DNA of 63,998 nucleotides, filler included, from Dirinaria sp. TL-2023a (lineage: Eukaryota), in assembly GCA_051941275.1 (NCBI GenBank). It is 7 parts of 7 records of this genome, joined end to end, with 100 filler letters (N's around TTAATTAATTAA, not from the genome) between each part and the next. Parts side by side here need not be neighbours in the genome. Positions count along the whole stretch, not along the records: positions 36,849 to 45,935 come from JAVEBF010001097.1; positions 46,036 to 55,116 come from JAVEBF010001098.1; 5 more parts are not named here. One strand, 5' to 3'. Below, piece by piece: positions 39,009 through 51,920 of the stretch (positions are counted from its first letter, which is position 1; each line of letters starts with the position of its first letter). A program made the translations under genes and the position numbers. Below the pieces are notes generated by a model. It was not told where the DNA came from, did no database searches, and saw nothing but the letters and a program-made list of their open reading frames with translations.

Positions 39009-39555
39009 TCACTCTCCGAATAATCTCCTGACCCTTCTCAACACACTGTCTTTCTCAGGATCATACGGATGGTCTTTGCTGGGTATCTCGAGGACCGCAG
39101 GAAAAGCATCCGTATACGTATCCACTCGATGGCGTATCCTCTCCGCAATCTAGCCAGTCAATCAGCTATGTGACGCCTGCTTGTAATGGCATTCTCCCGA
39201 AGCGTACATGCTGGTTGATGAGCAGTATAGCTATGTCGTTCCTGTCCTGCGTGTAATTATCGAAGGCTTGCTCGATGGTGGACGTTTCTGTTTTGGCGTC
39301 GACGACAAGAAAGTTCTTCTGGGCGTCTGGGGGTTGTGTGACATGCTTCGCTCCCAGCTTCAGCCTTTGAATGCCTGGAAAAGCGTGTTCAACGGGAACA
39401 CTACTCACACCGATCCCAGCTAGTAGCAGGCCTGTTACGGAATCCTAGCTTTTCTATCAGTTCAATGTTCAGAGAGTATGTCTACCATGACTGACTTCAT
39501 CACCGATGACAGCAAGAAAATGGCGATTCTGATAGGCGGAAGGTGGTGCCGCCAT
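39009..39555 (-). CDS. VMA7: V-type ATPase subunit F, 4 exons
   Basis: [20 protein letters not shown] / [12 protein letters not shown] / [16 protein letters not shown]...[10 protein letters not shown] / [46 protein letters not shown]. Confidence 0.96.
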
Positions 39556-39848
39556 TACTTATTGGTAAGGGAAACGGTTGGGAGTAAGTAATGCAATGGT
39601 TTAAGGTATCTTCAATTTGACTGTTTGAAAGGCCACTGATGCGGTTGCGGTTGACCCTTGCACTGCCGAGACTCTGGTACGCGCCTCGGCGCAAATTCCT
39701 CAGAAACACAAAGGACTTCGTATCTTACAAAACAGCTTCACCTAGCAACACCTTTCGATCATTTAAAGCTCAATTGAACTGTCTGAAGAAACATTTTCTA
39801 TGCTGCTGCACCAGAACCCAGAATATTTTGACGGATTCGGCGATCAAC

Positions 39849-41221
39849 ATGCCGCGGCTTGTCCGCCGCCGCCCGCTTGGACAGCGGATTAAAGCTTACT
39901 TAAACCCATTGGACTTTCTGCTTTGGCTCGCAGAGGAGCTCGACTCAGGCGATTGGGATCAATGGCAGAAAGAATGGGCAACACCCCTAGGCCTTGGCCT
40001 CAACTTGGTATTCCTAATAACAAGAGCAAACAGCGGACCGAATACCCGACGAGGTGATGATGTGTTTGGCGACGACGAAAGCTATACGAGCTGGTGGGGC
40101 TGGTTTGTGCGTGCTCTCTCGTTTCTGAGCGAGATTTTAACGCAGTATGACTGACCATTTTCTAGGCAGCCTTCATTGTCCATCTACTATCGCTCGTCTC
40201 CTTCCTAAACGCAGTATACACATTTTATCGTCGCCGTCATTACAGGCTCTTTGAGACCTCAGTGGACGTTGCGCCCAGCACGCCGTCTGCACACCGCGTT
40301 CGTGTGGACTCCTCTCCACTTTCCTCCTCTCCTCTTCGCTTCCTGTCAACAATGCTTGCAGCGGACACAGCAGAGGCAAGGGCGCATCCAGATGCAACTC
40401 GGGATGTTTGGGAGCTTGCAGTATGGGATCCAACACCGCTGTCGTTGAGGATGTTTTGCATGTTTAGTCCAGGCCACATATTGATGTACTGGCTCTTCCT
40501 GCCCACTACACTGTCAGATCCACGGCCAAGTACTACCGTGGCGACAACCATCTTACTCGCAAGCTTACTGTCAGCACAACTGCTGGCTCTGCAGTCAAGC
40601 TTCTCCCAGCAATCCAAGGACACCTCTGTCATACAGAAAGAGGTGTTGAACGAGTATGATACCAAATTTGTTCACCCCCGTACTCAGCCCTTGATGCGTG
40701 ACGTTGGAATACAACATTCCAGCAGTGCTGCTAATGAGGGCGGCTTACCAAGCTCTAAAGGTAGCTCAGACGTCGTGGAAACATCTGAACCCAGAATAAT
40801 AATCAATCGAGGTTTCCATACCCGACCTAATCCTAATTATGTTAGATATGTTGATCCGGAAGGCTACAACGAACGTTCATCGGCTTTGCGTACCAAGTCG
40901 ACAAATGTTGGTACGTCCATACAAACACCAGCTCATTTGCGAGATGCTTCATCGCCAATTCGTCCTCGCACAGCGGTACGACAACCGCAATTCAGAGCTT
41001 CTGGGGTTCCTGAAGCGGGCGATGGAGGGAGCTTGGGCATCTACTCCCATGACAACTCACCGCTACGGAAGTCTGCCTCTACTAATTTTCGAGAAAGGAG
41101 CACCAGTCCCATCAAGATGCAAGGAAGTCCGCTGAAAAGGGTTAGTTTACCAGGTGGCCCAAATGGACTTCGCACGGGTCAGCCCTCGGATTACGGGGAA
41201 AGGGAGCGGAGGAGATACTAA
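39849..41221 (+). CDS. NUR1: Nuclear rim protein 1 / Mug154 family, 2 exons
   Basis: MPRLVRRRPL...YLNPLDFLLWL, YRLFE...PSTPSAHRVRVDSSP, VWELAVWDP...FCMFSPGH and KEVLNEYDTKFVHPR. Intron about 40107-40166. Confidence 0.88.
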
Positions 41222-41897
41222 GCACTGTAAGATAGTTGGACAGCAATGATACCCATACAACAGGATTTGCTCATCAAGATATTACTTTTTTCTCACTTTA
41301 AGCTTTCTTCCCTCTCAAGAGTTCATGAAGCAGCAAGAGCATATGAGAATGCATTCACAACACCCGTGATGTAGGCATCAGAGCGAACTACAAAGTCTAC
41401 ATATATCTAGAGTGCCACTGGCCGTAGCGCGGTAATATTTGCTTCCCGGTTTATGGTGAAAATGTGTGAAGAGAAGGACAAGGTAGGTCCATGATAGATG
41501 GAGCTTGGCTGTTGAGATGACTCGCAGTACTTTATTTTGTGGATTAAGTATTGGTAGGATTTAGATAGTCGTAAATCACATGATAAGATACTGTACTCGT
41601 ACTCTAGCTCCATCTCCAATCAATAGATCTACCTGTTTACCTTACTACCTCAAGTGCTGAAGATCACCACCTGGTGTATTACCGAAGCCTCGAACCCCAT
41701 AGTTTGTCTATCATAATCCTCCAGCACGTAATTTAAGTGTAGTTGCATTTGCAGAGATGCTCAGGCTCCGCCTAGGATCAGGCGACAACACACCCCAGAA
41801 ATCCCCCGCGATTCGCCAAAGCATCCGATGTACATGAGTTGCCAGTCGCATCGAATAACGTCATTCTGTATCTACATCCTCAGTTCGGCGAGCGAAG

Positions 41898-44800
41898 ATG
41901 TTGCAACCACCGATGATATCATGTCCTCTGAAGCAAACGAATGAGATCGACTGGGTCCAGCCATTGAAGGGCTATATCCGGCAAACGTATGGCGATGATC
42001 CGGAAAAATATGCGGAGGAGTGTAATACCCTCAACAGGCTGCGACAGGACATGCGGGGTGCAGGCAAGGACAGTGCAGCAGGGCGGGATTTATTGTATCG
42101 GTACTACGGGCAGCTCGAGCTGCTAGACCTGCGGTTCCCAGTGGACGAGAATCATATCAAAATATCTTTTACTTGGTAGCGGGCGGCCCCAACCTCTACG
42201 CTTCTCAAGCAGCACTGACATGGTCCGCGCAGGTTCGACGCCTTCACCCACAAGCCCACCTCGCAATACTCCCTAGCGTACGAGAAGGCCTCCATAATCT
42301 TCAACATCTCAGCGGTGCTTTCATGCCACGCAGCATATCAAAATCGCTTTGACGATACTGGCTTAAAGACGGCATATCACTCATTTCAAGCTTCTGCCGG
42401 CATGTTCACGTATATCAATGAGAATTTCCTGCACGCACCTTCCACCGATCTAAGCAGAGATACTGTCAAGACATTAATTTCCATTATGCTGGCACAAGGG
42501 CAAGAGGTTTTCCTGGAGAAGCAGGTCGCTGATCAGAAAAAGGTCGGTTTGCTGGCAAAGCTTGCCAGCCAGGCTGCGTATCTATACGCCCAAGCCACTG
42601 AGGGTGTCCAAGAAAATGTCGCTCGATCGGTATTTGATAAATTGTGGCTGCAAGTTGTACAAATCAAGGCGGGTTTCCTGTCGTCAGTTGCTCAGTATTA
42701 CCAGGCATTGGCGGACGCCGATGCCAATTCGCATGGTACTGCAATTGCAAGGCTACAGATTGCAGAGCTGGAAGGAAGGGATGCAGTTCGGATTGCAGGA
42801 GCTTTCCCTTCATCGGTGTCACCAACTTCAAATCTGAGCTCAGAGACAGGGTCGAGCTTGAGTGAAGCAACTAAGCGGCATCTTGCAAATGTCCAAGAAA
42901 AGCTAGTGTCGTTCAACAAGGACAACGACTTTATATACCACCAAAATGTACCTGCTGAGGCAGGTTTAAGTGTTATCCCTAAGCTCCCTGCTGCTAAAGC
43001 TATACCGGTCAGTGAGCTTTATCAAGGCCAGGACATTCAGAGGATCATCGGTCCCGATATTTTCCAGAAGATCGTACCAATTTCCGTCACAGAATCTGCA
43101 AGCCTGTACGACGAAGAGAAGGCTAAGCTTGTGCGAGCGGAGGCGGAGGCCGTGGAGACCGCGAACGGGGAGATGGCTGCAAGCCTTGACTATCTGAAGC
43201 TTCCTAATAGCTTGAACGTGCTTAAGGGAGGCATGGACCAAGAAACTGCTGTCGATGATGACTTTCGAGGATGGTGCGAGGAATTGGCAGGACATGAGCC
43301 GTTCGGAAAAGCTTTCGAGCATCTACACGCCGACAAGAATGAGATCCTGAACATCTTAGATCGGTGTGCTAAGCAATTAGACATGGAAGAGAGCGTCTGT
43401 GAAAAGATGCGCTCGAAGTACGGTCCAGATTGGACCCAGCAGCCGAGCTCCAGGCTCACCTCTACTCTTCGTGGCGATATACGAAGCTATCGCGGGGCAG
43501 TTGACGAAGCAACCAGTAGTGATTCACAACTCCTGAGTACCTTTCGGCAATATGAGTCTGACTTCGATGAGATGCGCTCCGCGGGTGAGACCGATGAGGC
43601 CGATGTCTTGTATCAGAGAGCTATGTCAAAGGCCGGCGCAAACCGCGGCAAGGGCATGAACGGCATCGGTAGTCCCATGTCTCCCAATGGGGAAGGGAAT
43701 TTGCTCGATGAGGACTATGGCGAAGGTGGAACGCCGGTCACGGAACAGATAGCAAGGATTGAGGATGTCCTAAAGAAGCTCAACTTAATCAAGCGAGATA
43801 GGACACAGGTCCTGAAAGACCTTAAGGACAAAGTGAGTTCAGATAAATTTTCCTGCACGACCCACTGCTCACTGAAGTGTCTTAGGTCCACAATGACGAT
43901 ATAACGAGTGTTTTGATACTCAATAAAAAGTCGATAGCAAATCACGAGAACCAGCTTTTCCAAGCAGAGCTTGAGAAATTTAGGCCCCACCAAAACCGTC
44001 TCTTACAAGCAACGCACAAACAGTCTGCGCTCCTGAAAGAGCTGACGAAGAGATACGGCGATTTGCTGCAAGATAAGAGGGTACGGTCGGAGCAGACGAA
44101 ATACGAAAGCTACAATAGACAACGTAACATGGTCTCGACCAGATACCGGAAGATAATCCAAGTCTTCAACGATCTCGTTGACGGCTTGATGCGAGCACAA
44201 AGCTTCTACTCCGAAATGAAGGACACCGTGGAAAGTCTCGAGAAGAATGTGGAAACGTTCGTCGGTAATCGAAGGTCTGAAGGTGCCAAACTCCTCAGCC
44301 AGATCGAACAAGACAAAGCAAGCACCGCAGGAAGTCAAGCCGACCGCGAACGAGATCGTCTGCGTGAACTCATGGAGCGTATGTCTGTGGATCCTTCAGC
44401 TTCCAAATCTCCAGATCGAGCTTCCTCGGCTCGTCCAGCACCGCTTTCTCGACCCTCTCACTCGAACGAGCCACACGCATCTGCCAAATCTCCACCTCAA
44501 TCCCCACCCTATCATTCGAAGCCTCCATCAATGCCGGGCATCCCCTCACAGTCACCAGGCGTCACCTCGTATCAGAATTACCCACAATACTCACTTCCCC
44601 CAGATCCGCATCGTCAAGAAGCCACTCGCCCACTATCGCCATATGGTGCACCCACCCAAATGCGCGATCCATACAACCCAATGGCATACCCATTCCAAAC
44701 ACCGGCATCTCCTCCAACAACATCACAAACACCCTCATATTACTCGAATCCAACAATACAACAGCATCATCCACAGTACCCACCTCAAGGCCAGTATCTG

Positions 44801-45013
44801 CCCCAAGGCTATGTGCCTCCACCACCGCCGCCAGGCCCACCTCCGGGATCACAGCCGATGAATTTCGGCATCGTGGGCGGAAGCTACCCGTCTGGACCGG
44901 GAGGATACGCCTACCACCAGCCACCAAGGCAGGGGAGTGGCAGTATACCTCCAAATCAAGCGCAGGCGCAAGCACAGAATGATCCATGGGCTGGACTCAA
45001 TGCGTGGAAGTAG
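41898..45013 (+). CDS. BRO1: ESCRT-associated vacuolar protein-sorting protein BRO1 (Bro1 domain, V domain, proline-rich tail), 3 exons
   Basis: PMISCPLKQTNEIDW...LNRLRQDMRGAGKDS...RYYGQLELLDLRFP, SLAYEKASIIFN, KDNDFIYH, ESASLYDEEKAKL and a Pro-rich tail ending DPWAGLNAWK. Introns about 42176-42232 and 43833-43885. Confidence 0.95.
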
Positions 45014-45935
45014 AGCACACACATACATACATATGTACACAGCCCCCAATAAAGCACGAACGTTGTTAACATTATTGATCTGCGTGGGGGTCGGTCAAGG
45101 CGCGAAGTGGGAACACGATCTGAATTGGGATGCATGCATGGAGTTGTTCTCTCTTAACACCATTATTCATTCTTAGGAACGCATTGGGCGTTTGAAAGGG
45201 TATGGAGCCTCCCGAACTTTTTTTTTTTTTTTTCGAAGAGAACTAAATGCGGTAAGACCACAACTTTTCCCCCTTTGGCTGTACTACTGTAATCCGTTCG
45301 ATAAGTCAAACCTGCATCCCATCCATACATCGTACATACATAGGAACAAAAGAGAAGAAGGAAATACGGAGCATCCTTATCCCACCAATAACGTCGCCCA
45401 CAAACGTAAGCATGCAAAAGGACTGTACTGTACTCGTACCTCTTTCCATGTCCTCCTCCTCCTTCTCCGCCGTACCTAAGGTACCTACCTTAATCTCATT
45501 TTCTTCCCCCACTACATACTGTACTGTACAGTACAAGGTCCTGCAGATTTAATGAATGTCCGTGCGTTTCAACGGGGTAGGTACGAGATGCTGTACAGTA
45601 AGTTTGTCTTTTTTTTTTCGCAATAATAAACCGACATGCATGCATGCATGCATCATCACCCAAAAAAAACCTAGAAAAATTAAATATAAGCGCCATCAAA
45701 TGATTTGTCCCAAACCACCCGCAAGCACTGTACTCGTACATACTGGATCTATTACAATAATAATATAATGCACAGCTGCCAAGTTGGGAACCAAAAGAGA
45801 AACCAAATAACAACCAAATATTTAAAAATTTAAAATTTAAAAACGATGGAAGCCATGTAATCTAGATAAATATGCAATGTCTCTTTTTTTTATGTGGTTA
45901 GTTACATTATCTTTTTTTTTTTTTTTTTTTTTTTT

Positions 45936-46035
45936 NNNNNNNNNNNNNNNNNNNNNNNNNNNNNNNNNNNNNNNNNNNNTTAATTAATTAANNNNNNNNN
46001 NNNNNNNNNNNNNNNNNNNNNNNNNNNNNNNNNNN
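45936..46035. other. Artificial contig linker
   Basis: N44-TTAATTAATTAA-N44. Confidence 0.99.
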
Positions 46036-46811
46036 CTCTCCTACTCTCTTCTTTTTCAAGTATTTCGTATCTTACCTTCTCTCTGCACTCTGTCGAATTT
46101 TCAACCCCTCCAAAATATTTTTCCTTTTGAAATCACAGATTATCTAGATACCCTCAAACATCCTTCTCTATCTCAACTCCATCACAACCTTAAACTATTC
46201 TGCATACATATACACACAACCACAAATGAAAAGTCAAATGATCGCCCAATGTTCAAACGGCGCCGCATATCACAGCTCATTCTAAACCGAAACTGAATTT
46301 GAAGAAAACATCGACAGAGGGGGAAAAAGGGGGGAAATGTTCACGATCTGAGATGTTTATTTTGTTTTGTATATTTATTGTATACCATGCTGGGAATTGT
46401 GATACGTGAGGGAGGAAGGGAGATGGATGAGTGAGGCGATGGAGAAGATTTAGCTGTGGGTAAAGCTGGGGAGGATAAAAAGGATAGATGGATAGAATAG
46501 ATGCTAAGGGGTACGAGTATGAAGCTATAGATGAGAGGTAATGGAATTGTTTTGTTTTCTTTTTTTCTTTGAAAGATGGTTTTAAATATAGACCGACGAC
46601 TATTGTAGGTGTTTTGGATTAATTTTCGACATGGGGTTTTAAATCAAGGTGGAATTGTAGTCCACCACATTACTCATTCGTATCCCTCGTTACTAAAGAA
46701 TTCCTTGTGTGGATAACCTGGTCGATTGCCACGTGTTAATGATTATAAATTCGATCAATTACGCAGAGAGTTGCCAAGATCTGTAGGCGAGGCAGGTGCG
46801 AAAGAGAACAC

Positions 46812-48322
46812 CTAAGTGCGGGGACTGGTCAGTCCTTTCCTAGGATTACCTTGGTATTCGGGACTTACAAAGTCATGCTGGACTCTAACCCCCCCTCCGT
46901 CGCAGCGCCCTGCGTCCGTTTCCTCAATGCTGTCCTTCAGCGTTTTGATAGCGTCGACGTGTCTTTCGACCACATTCCCTCGGGACGTAAATGGCTCTTG
47001 GTTGTTGGATGTACTTGACCTATGCATTGCGTTCCCGCTGTTATTGTGGTAGGTGGATGGTGGTATGGGTACTTCATCGGATCCTCGAAACGGCTCGTAT
47101 GACAGCCAGCGCTGAGAAGTGCGGCGTGGTGGCGAAGACGAAGACCGGATGTAGAAACTTTTAAGAATAGGCGATTGAGGTGCGGTGGTGCGACGGCTAG
47201 TGAAAAGGGACTTGAATGGTGGCAAGCAGCCTACGCAGACGGCTTTGAAGACATAGCTCGTGTTAGCTTTGTCCGTGGTTAAAATGTACGAAGTGACGGA
47301 AGATGGTATAGTGAAATTCGACTTCACATACAGATACTGGATTCAATGATCGACCATATGTTCAGAAGGATACCGTCCGATCGGGCAGTGGAGTGGATTT
47401 GCACAGCCCGTACAATCGCGACGCAGATGATGATGACTGCGACGGAGAAGACGATAACTAAGCCAAGCTTCTGTTTCCGGGTGACCTGCAGGTTCCAGAG
47501 AAGATTTAAAGGTAAAGCCATGATCATGAGATCCGTTGCAACGTCTGCTGCTGTGCTGTAGAATACGGCTATGGTGGCGCCCCGTACATCCTCCGGTTTT
47601 ATGCATTTACCTTTGCCATTGTTAGCGTTCCCAGCATTCAAGCTCGATATTGCTTAGGATGACACCATACCGAATTCGAAATACAGGGAGGCCGGATGGC
47701 AGTTCAAGATCTGCGCGCGTGGTAAGTCTGGGTTCTGAATGTCGGAATTGACTTCCTTACCGAAGAAATCCAGCATCCAATGTATGCCAGCACAGTGAAG
47801 ACGGCCACCAGATGCCAGAACTTCTTGTAGTCTGGAAGGCCTTGGAATATCTTCCAAAATAAAGCAAGAAAGGATGCTTTCACCGACCATAGCTGCCAAG
47901 ATTCTCAATATCAGCCTCGTCCTCATTCGTGGCCTGGGAAAGACACTTATTGTGTTATCAACAAATCATGGCTGGCTGCTCTATCATGACGAGAACATTT
48001 GAGCACCTACAACTGTCCAAAAAAGCCCTATGCTCACAAATTCGTACCGAACGTACATGGTTCCTTGGGCTTTCAGATCATCCTCAGGACCAGTCCCAGT
48101 CAGAGCGTGCATCAAATAATACAGATACGGTGCTTGCAAGGTGATAAGTACAGCATTGATGCAAAGCAATGTCCAGGCAAAATAGATCCAGTAGTCATCG
48201 GCTGCAAAACGCTCGAATTTGTACCAGCGAACCATCGCTCGAGCTGCGACGAAGAGACCGGCAAAGCTAGCAGCGGCCCAAGCAATGGCTACCAGACCTC
48301 CTTGGGGTAGCGAAGAAGCCAT
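46812..48322 (-). CDS. PTH11-like integral membrane protein (fungal rhodopsin-domain family, no CFEM), about 5 exons
   Basis: FVAARAMVR...AADDY, LFWTV/LWSVKASFL across intron 47893-48010, DVATDLMIMALPLNLLWNLQVTRKQKLGL...VAIVRA, WSIIESSI and VCVGCLPPFKSLF. Confidence 0.9.
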
Positions 48323-49516
48323 TCAGAGTGTGGAGTGAAATGACAAAATCCCAAAACGCCAGCAGACAGCATCATGCTCCTGAAGAGACCTTTGCAAAGA
48401 CGTCGCGACGTTTGTAAAAGATGGTACGGGCCGGAGAGTAAATCTCAGAGGCTCTATTATCTCAAATGTTACACCAAACACCACCGTGGGTGGTAGGCTG
48501 CATCCAATATATGATCTTGGCGACTGGCCGGAGAAGTCTCGACACAGGGCACACCGCACTTGTCATGTAGAACAGGATAGAGACGTCACAAGATTACAAT
48601 TAGCACGCCAATCCCGTTCCGTGGCTGTCCAATGTATTGGACGCATTGCTCGGTATCTGCCATCTCCCTTTTGCCGAATCACAGATGGATGGCGGATCCC
48701 ACGGTTTTCGACCCTCCTTGTCGTGTTGATTCCCGATCGCACCTCGAATCGTACTAGGAGCACGAGTACAATGGAAAAGAGGGAGTGAGAATGAAAAGGG
48801 CCATCGCAGCAAAAGTCCAGTCATTACAGCGGCAAGTAGCCATCCATTCCGAGCGCAACACGCCATGGCTTTGACCAATCAAGGAGATGTTCGGCAGCCG
48901 ACAGGAGGCTGGGTCGTGACAGCAGCATCAAATACCTCGGTCCAGATGCTGGTATTGCGCAAACCGACAGATATACGTCAAGACCCGAGAAGGGTTGTCC
49001 ACATACATGTGAACATGCTGGAAAAGCACATGTCGCTGCTTCATGCTCGATGAGAAGAGATTTCTGCGAGGAGCGTTACAGAGAGCAACCAGGAGGTCAG
49101 AACAGTAGGTATCCTCTAGCCACCGAAGATACGAAATCATGTAAGATACATGCACGGATCAGAATCGACTGTAACTCGGACCCTTACCCTTGAATACCTT
49201 ACTATCCCGTTCATCTATTAGGGGACCTACGGTTAGGGTAGGGACGAGTAGCGCTTCGGGTGAATATTCGGAAGATTTAGCGGCCCGATCTTCCGCTGTA
49301 GTAAGCATCCGCCCCTCGGGCGGCACACTTCCCTGAGCCCCCGGCCCCAGAAAGCCGCTCCCGTCGCCAGTAGTGATAGCCTACAGTACCGCAGGTAAGG
49401 ACCAACTGCAAGGCGAATAGAGTTTTGAGTAAATCTTTAGGTCTATACCCCGATTCAAGCTTTGATACTGACTGCCAAGCAGAACAAAGCCTTGAGACCC
49501 ACCGCCGTCCCCGAAA

Positions 49517-50173
49517 ATGACCGATGATCAATCCGAGGAGCCCTCTGATGCCGGCAACAGGGGAGAGACGACTGCCCCCAAAATTATCCAACAAGATAGC
49601 AGCCCGTCTACCTCTCCAACGCAAGAGCCATTGGAGAATATCAAGTATGAATACAACATCAGAGAAATCCAAGGCATGCGGTCTACCCAAGCATCTCTGG
49701 TCATGAAAAGACACATTGATAGGGTCCTTACTCAGGCAACGAAGCTGGTCAATCGACGCTTGACCGAACCTGAGGTCGCTGCATTGGTAGAGTCGGAAGA
49801 GAATTATTATAAAATGATGGCCGTCATCGGGATTCCTTTCATCTCGACGGCTATTACTTTACATATTTTCAGAACATGGGAGGAATTCAGATACCCTTTC
49901 AAGGCTCGTTGGCCCCCATTCCTATTTCCACGGCCACGCGGTAAGAGCAATACTACGGGACTTTACAAGCCGACACCAAGCGCTCCCGTAATTTCCGTGC
50001 TCTTGCACTTGCCGCGAGTTGTACAGTACTCCTGTCTATGGATGGGCGGCACCGTATTTGCGGTGCGAATGTTCATGGACTACTCACAGCTGCACAGAGA
50101 ACCTCGATTGAAGGGGTATTGGGCAACATATTTTCAATTGATGAGGAGACCAATAGTGATATGGCGCCGCTAG
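49517..50173 (+). CDS. Hypothetical membrane protein (about 218 aa)
   Basis: ATG-started ORF with two hydrophobic segments and motifs RRLTEPE, FRYPF and EPRLK; true 3' end uncertain. Confidence 0.55.
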   Translation: MTDDQSEEPSDAGNRGETTAPKIIQQDSSPSTSPTQEPLENIKYEYNIREIQGMRSTQASLVMKRHIDRVLTQATKLVNRRLTEPEVAALVESEENYYKMMAVIGIPFISTAITLHIFRTWEEFRYPFKARWPPFLFPRPRGKSNTTGLYKPTPSAPVISVLLHLPRVVQYSCLWMGGTVFAVRMFMDYSQLHREPRLKGYWATYFQLMRRPIVIWRR

Positions 50174-51173
50174 AATTGTTTGCAGAGTGCAGCTCCACTC
50201 AATGATGAATTCAGGGTCGAATACTGGCTCAAAGAGAAAGGGCCTTCATGCAAGAGCGGTTGATGGTAGTCTATCTCTAACCTTCGCATTCGACAATCCG
50301 ATTGAGTTTTGGCAGGATTACTACGATTGCATTAGCATACTGTTTGCGTCTTGCCCTTACAATCTTTGGTATGCGAAGGACGTAGACTGGGGTACACCAG
50401 GGCCAGACAATCTGCTGCTTTAGCGTTTACCGCAACCACTTCAGTGGGATATGACAATGTCTAAGTTTAGGCCTCTATGTCCATGGTCATATGCCAATTA
50501 GGATACAGTGCCCGGTCGATCACGACAGTCTCAAGCGAGCATCTACTATATTGGATGCCAATATCAGAATCTAGCATCTAGCCTTCGAGTATAGTCAATC
50601 ACATCAGCTATCCTTATCTGCGACACAGATAGATCAGTCTTCTCCTTATACGGCCTCTACTGAAGACCCGGATGTGTGTCTTTGGCCGGTCACTTCACTC
50701 AGCCTTAGACTTCTCTTCATATAGCTATGACAAGAGACATCAGGATTGTTTAGCTGTGCAAGCAAGTATCAGATCTCATATAGGTTTCAACGGCCTATAT
50801 TCACAATGCGAGGGCGATTCTGTTGGAAATATGACTATGCCCGTATTCACAGGAGATCCTTAGACACTCTCACGCTTGTTTCATTGACGCATCATGTTAC
50901 GAATTAGATTTTCTTGAGCTTACTCACATGCTATTGCTCTCCTATTCCTGGGATCATGGGCTGCACCTTCGACTTTCTTACTTTCTCCTTGCACTATAGC
51001 AGGTAGCATATTAATCAAGTCTCGAATCTTTTCGAAGTACACACGAAATCGCAAAGATCTCAAACTAAGGCAAGACCTTACCTACCACCACATATTGACA
51101 GAACCAAGCACATATCCACCTACATCCTACATTCGAGTGATAGATTACGACTGCAGAAGCGCAGCATCACAGC

Positions 51174-51920
51174 ATGCCTCGCCAACCTCAGCATTACCAC
51201 GGCCCTTTTGCCAACGGCGGCGATAGCCGTACGAATTTCGTATACCCACCACAGTACGCCAACCACCAAGGTCACCGTCCATACGGTCCGAACGGCCAAT
51301 ACCATCATGACTATCCTATGCAGTCTTCTCCATACTCTCAACACCCTGGCTATCCTCTGCAGTCTTCTCAATACTATCAACCCCATGGCCCTTCTATGCA
51401 GTCTTCTCAACACTATCAACCCCATGGCCCTTCTATGCAGTCTTCTCAATACTATCAATCCGAAAGTCGCAACCCACACTACCCGCGAAATGTTGACACC
51501 GACTTTCTCGAGCAGCACGGCCAACCGCTGACCTTCAATGAACAGCCGACAAGGGCAGATAGCCCTGACTTCGACCTACAGCTGTACAGGAGGGAGACAC
51601 CAGTCCCAGTCGGCCATCGACATGGCGAACGCTGGCGTCGTCCAGCTGAAAGACGTTTCAACGAAGATCTAACGGTTGTCATTCAGAAGGTCATGGCCGG
51701 GGAGCTAGACCCAAAGGATTCGGAGGCGTATGGCGCTTTCCAGCAATATGCAGCATGTAAAAAGATCGAGTTCACGAAAGACAAGGCCATCGAGCAGCTG
51801 CAGGATATGTTAAGGTGGGAACAACAGCGTCAGCAGCAGGGGGCAAATATGCAATCTGATGATCCTTATGTTCAAGGCGATCAGGCCGGGTACCGTGCAT
51901 TTCATCGCCAGTACAAGTAG
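51174..51920 (+). CDS. Hypothetical protein with a Q/Y/P/H/S-rich repetitive N-terminus (248 aa)
   Basis: ATG ORF whose internal 39-nt repeats keep the frame; predicted helical C-terminal region. Confidence 0.65.
   Translation: MPRQPQHYHGPFANGGDSRTNFVYPPQYANHQGHRPYGPNGQYHHDYPMQSSPYSQHPGYPLQSSQYYQPHGPSMQSSQHYQPHGPSMQSSQYYQSESRNPHYPRNVDTDFLEQHGQPLTFNEQPTRADSPDFDLQLYRRETPVPVGHRHGERWRRPAERRFNEDLTVVIQKVMAGELDPKDSEAYGAFQQYAACKKIEFTKDKAIEQLQDMLRWEQQRQQQGANMQSDDPYVQGDQAGYRAFHRQYK
51315..51461 (+). repeat. About 3.8 copies of a 39-nt coding tandem repeat (SMQSSQYYQPHGP)
   Basis: cctatgcagtcttctccatactctcaacaccctggctat / cctctgcagtcttctcaatactatcaaccccatggccct / tctatgcagtcttctcaacactatcaaccccatggccct / tctatgcagtcttctcaatactatcaatcc. 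Confidence 0.92.

Noticed and set aside
45400..45935. TACTG and ATGC iterations and poly-T
   Set aside because: Ordinary low-complexity 3'-flank sequence at a contig end.
49180..49245. Telomere-like cccttaccctt / ggttagggtaggg motifs
   Set aside because: Short and imperfect; similar telobox-like motifs occur upstream of several genes here (about 12745 and 37778), so they are not telomeres.
51315..51461. CRISPR-like array
   Set aside because: Contiguous in-frame coding repeats with no unique spacers, in a eukaryotic context with no cas genes.
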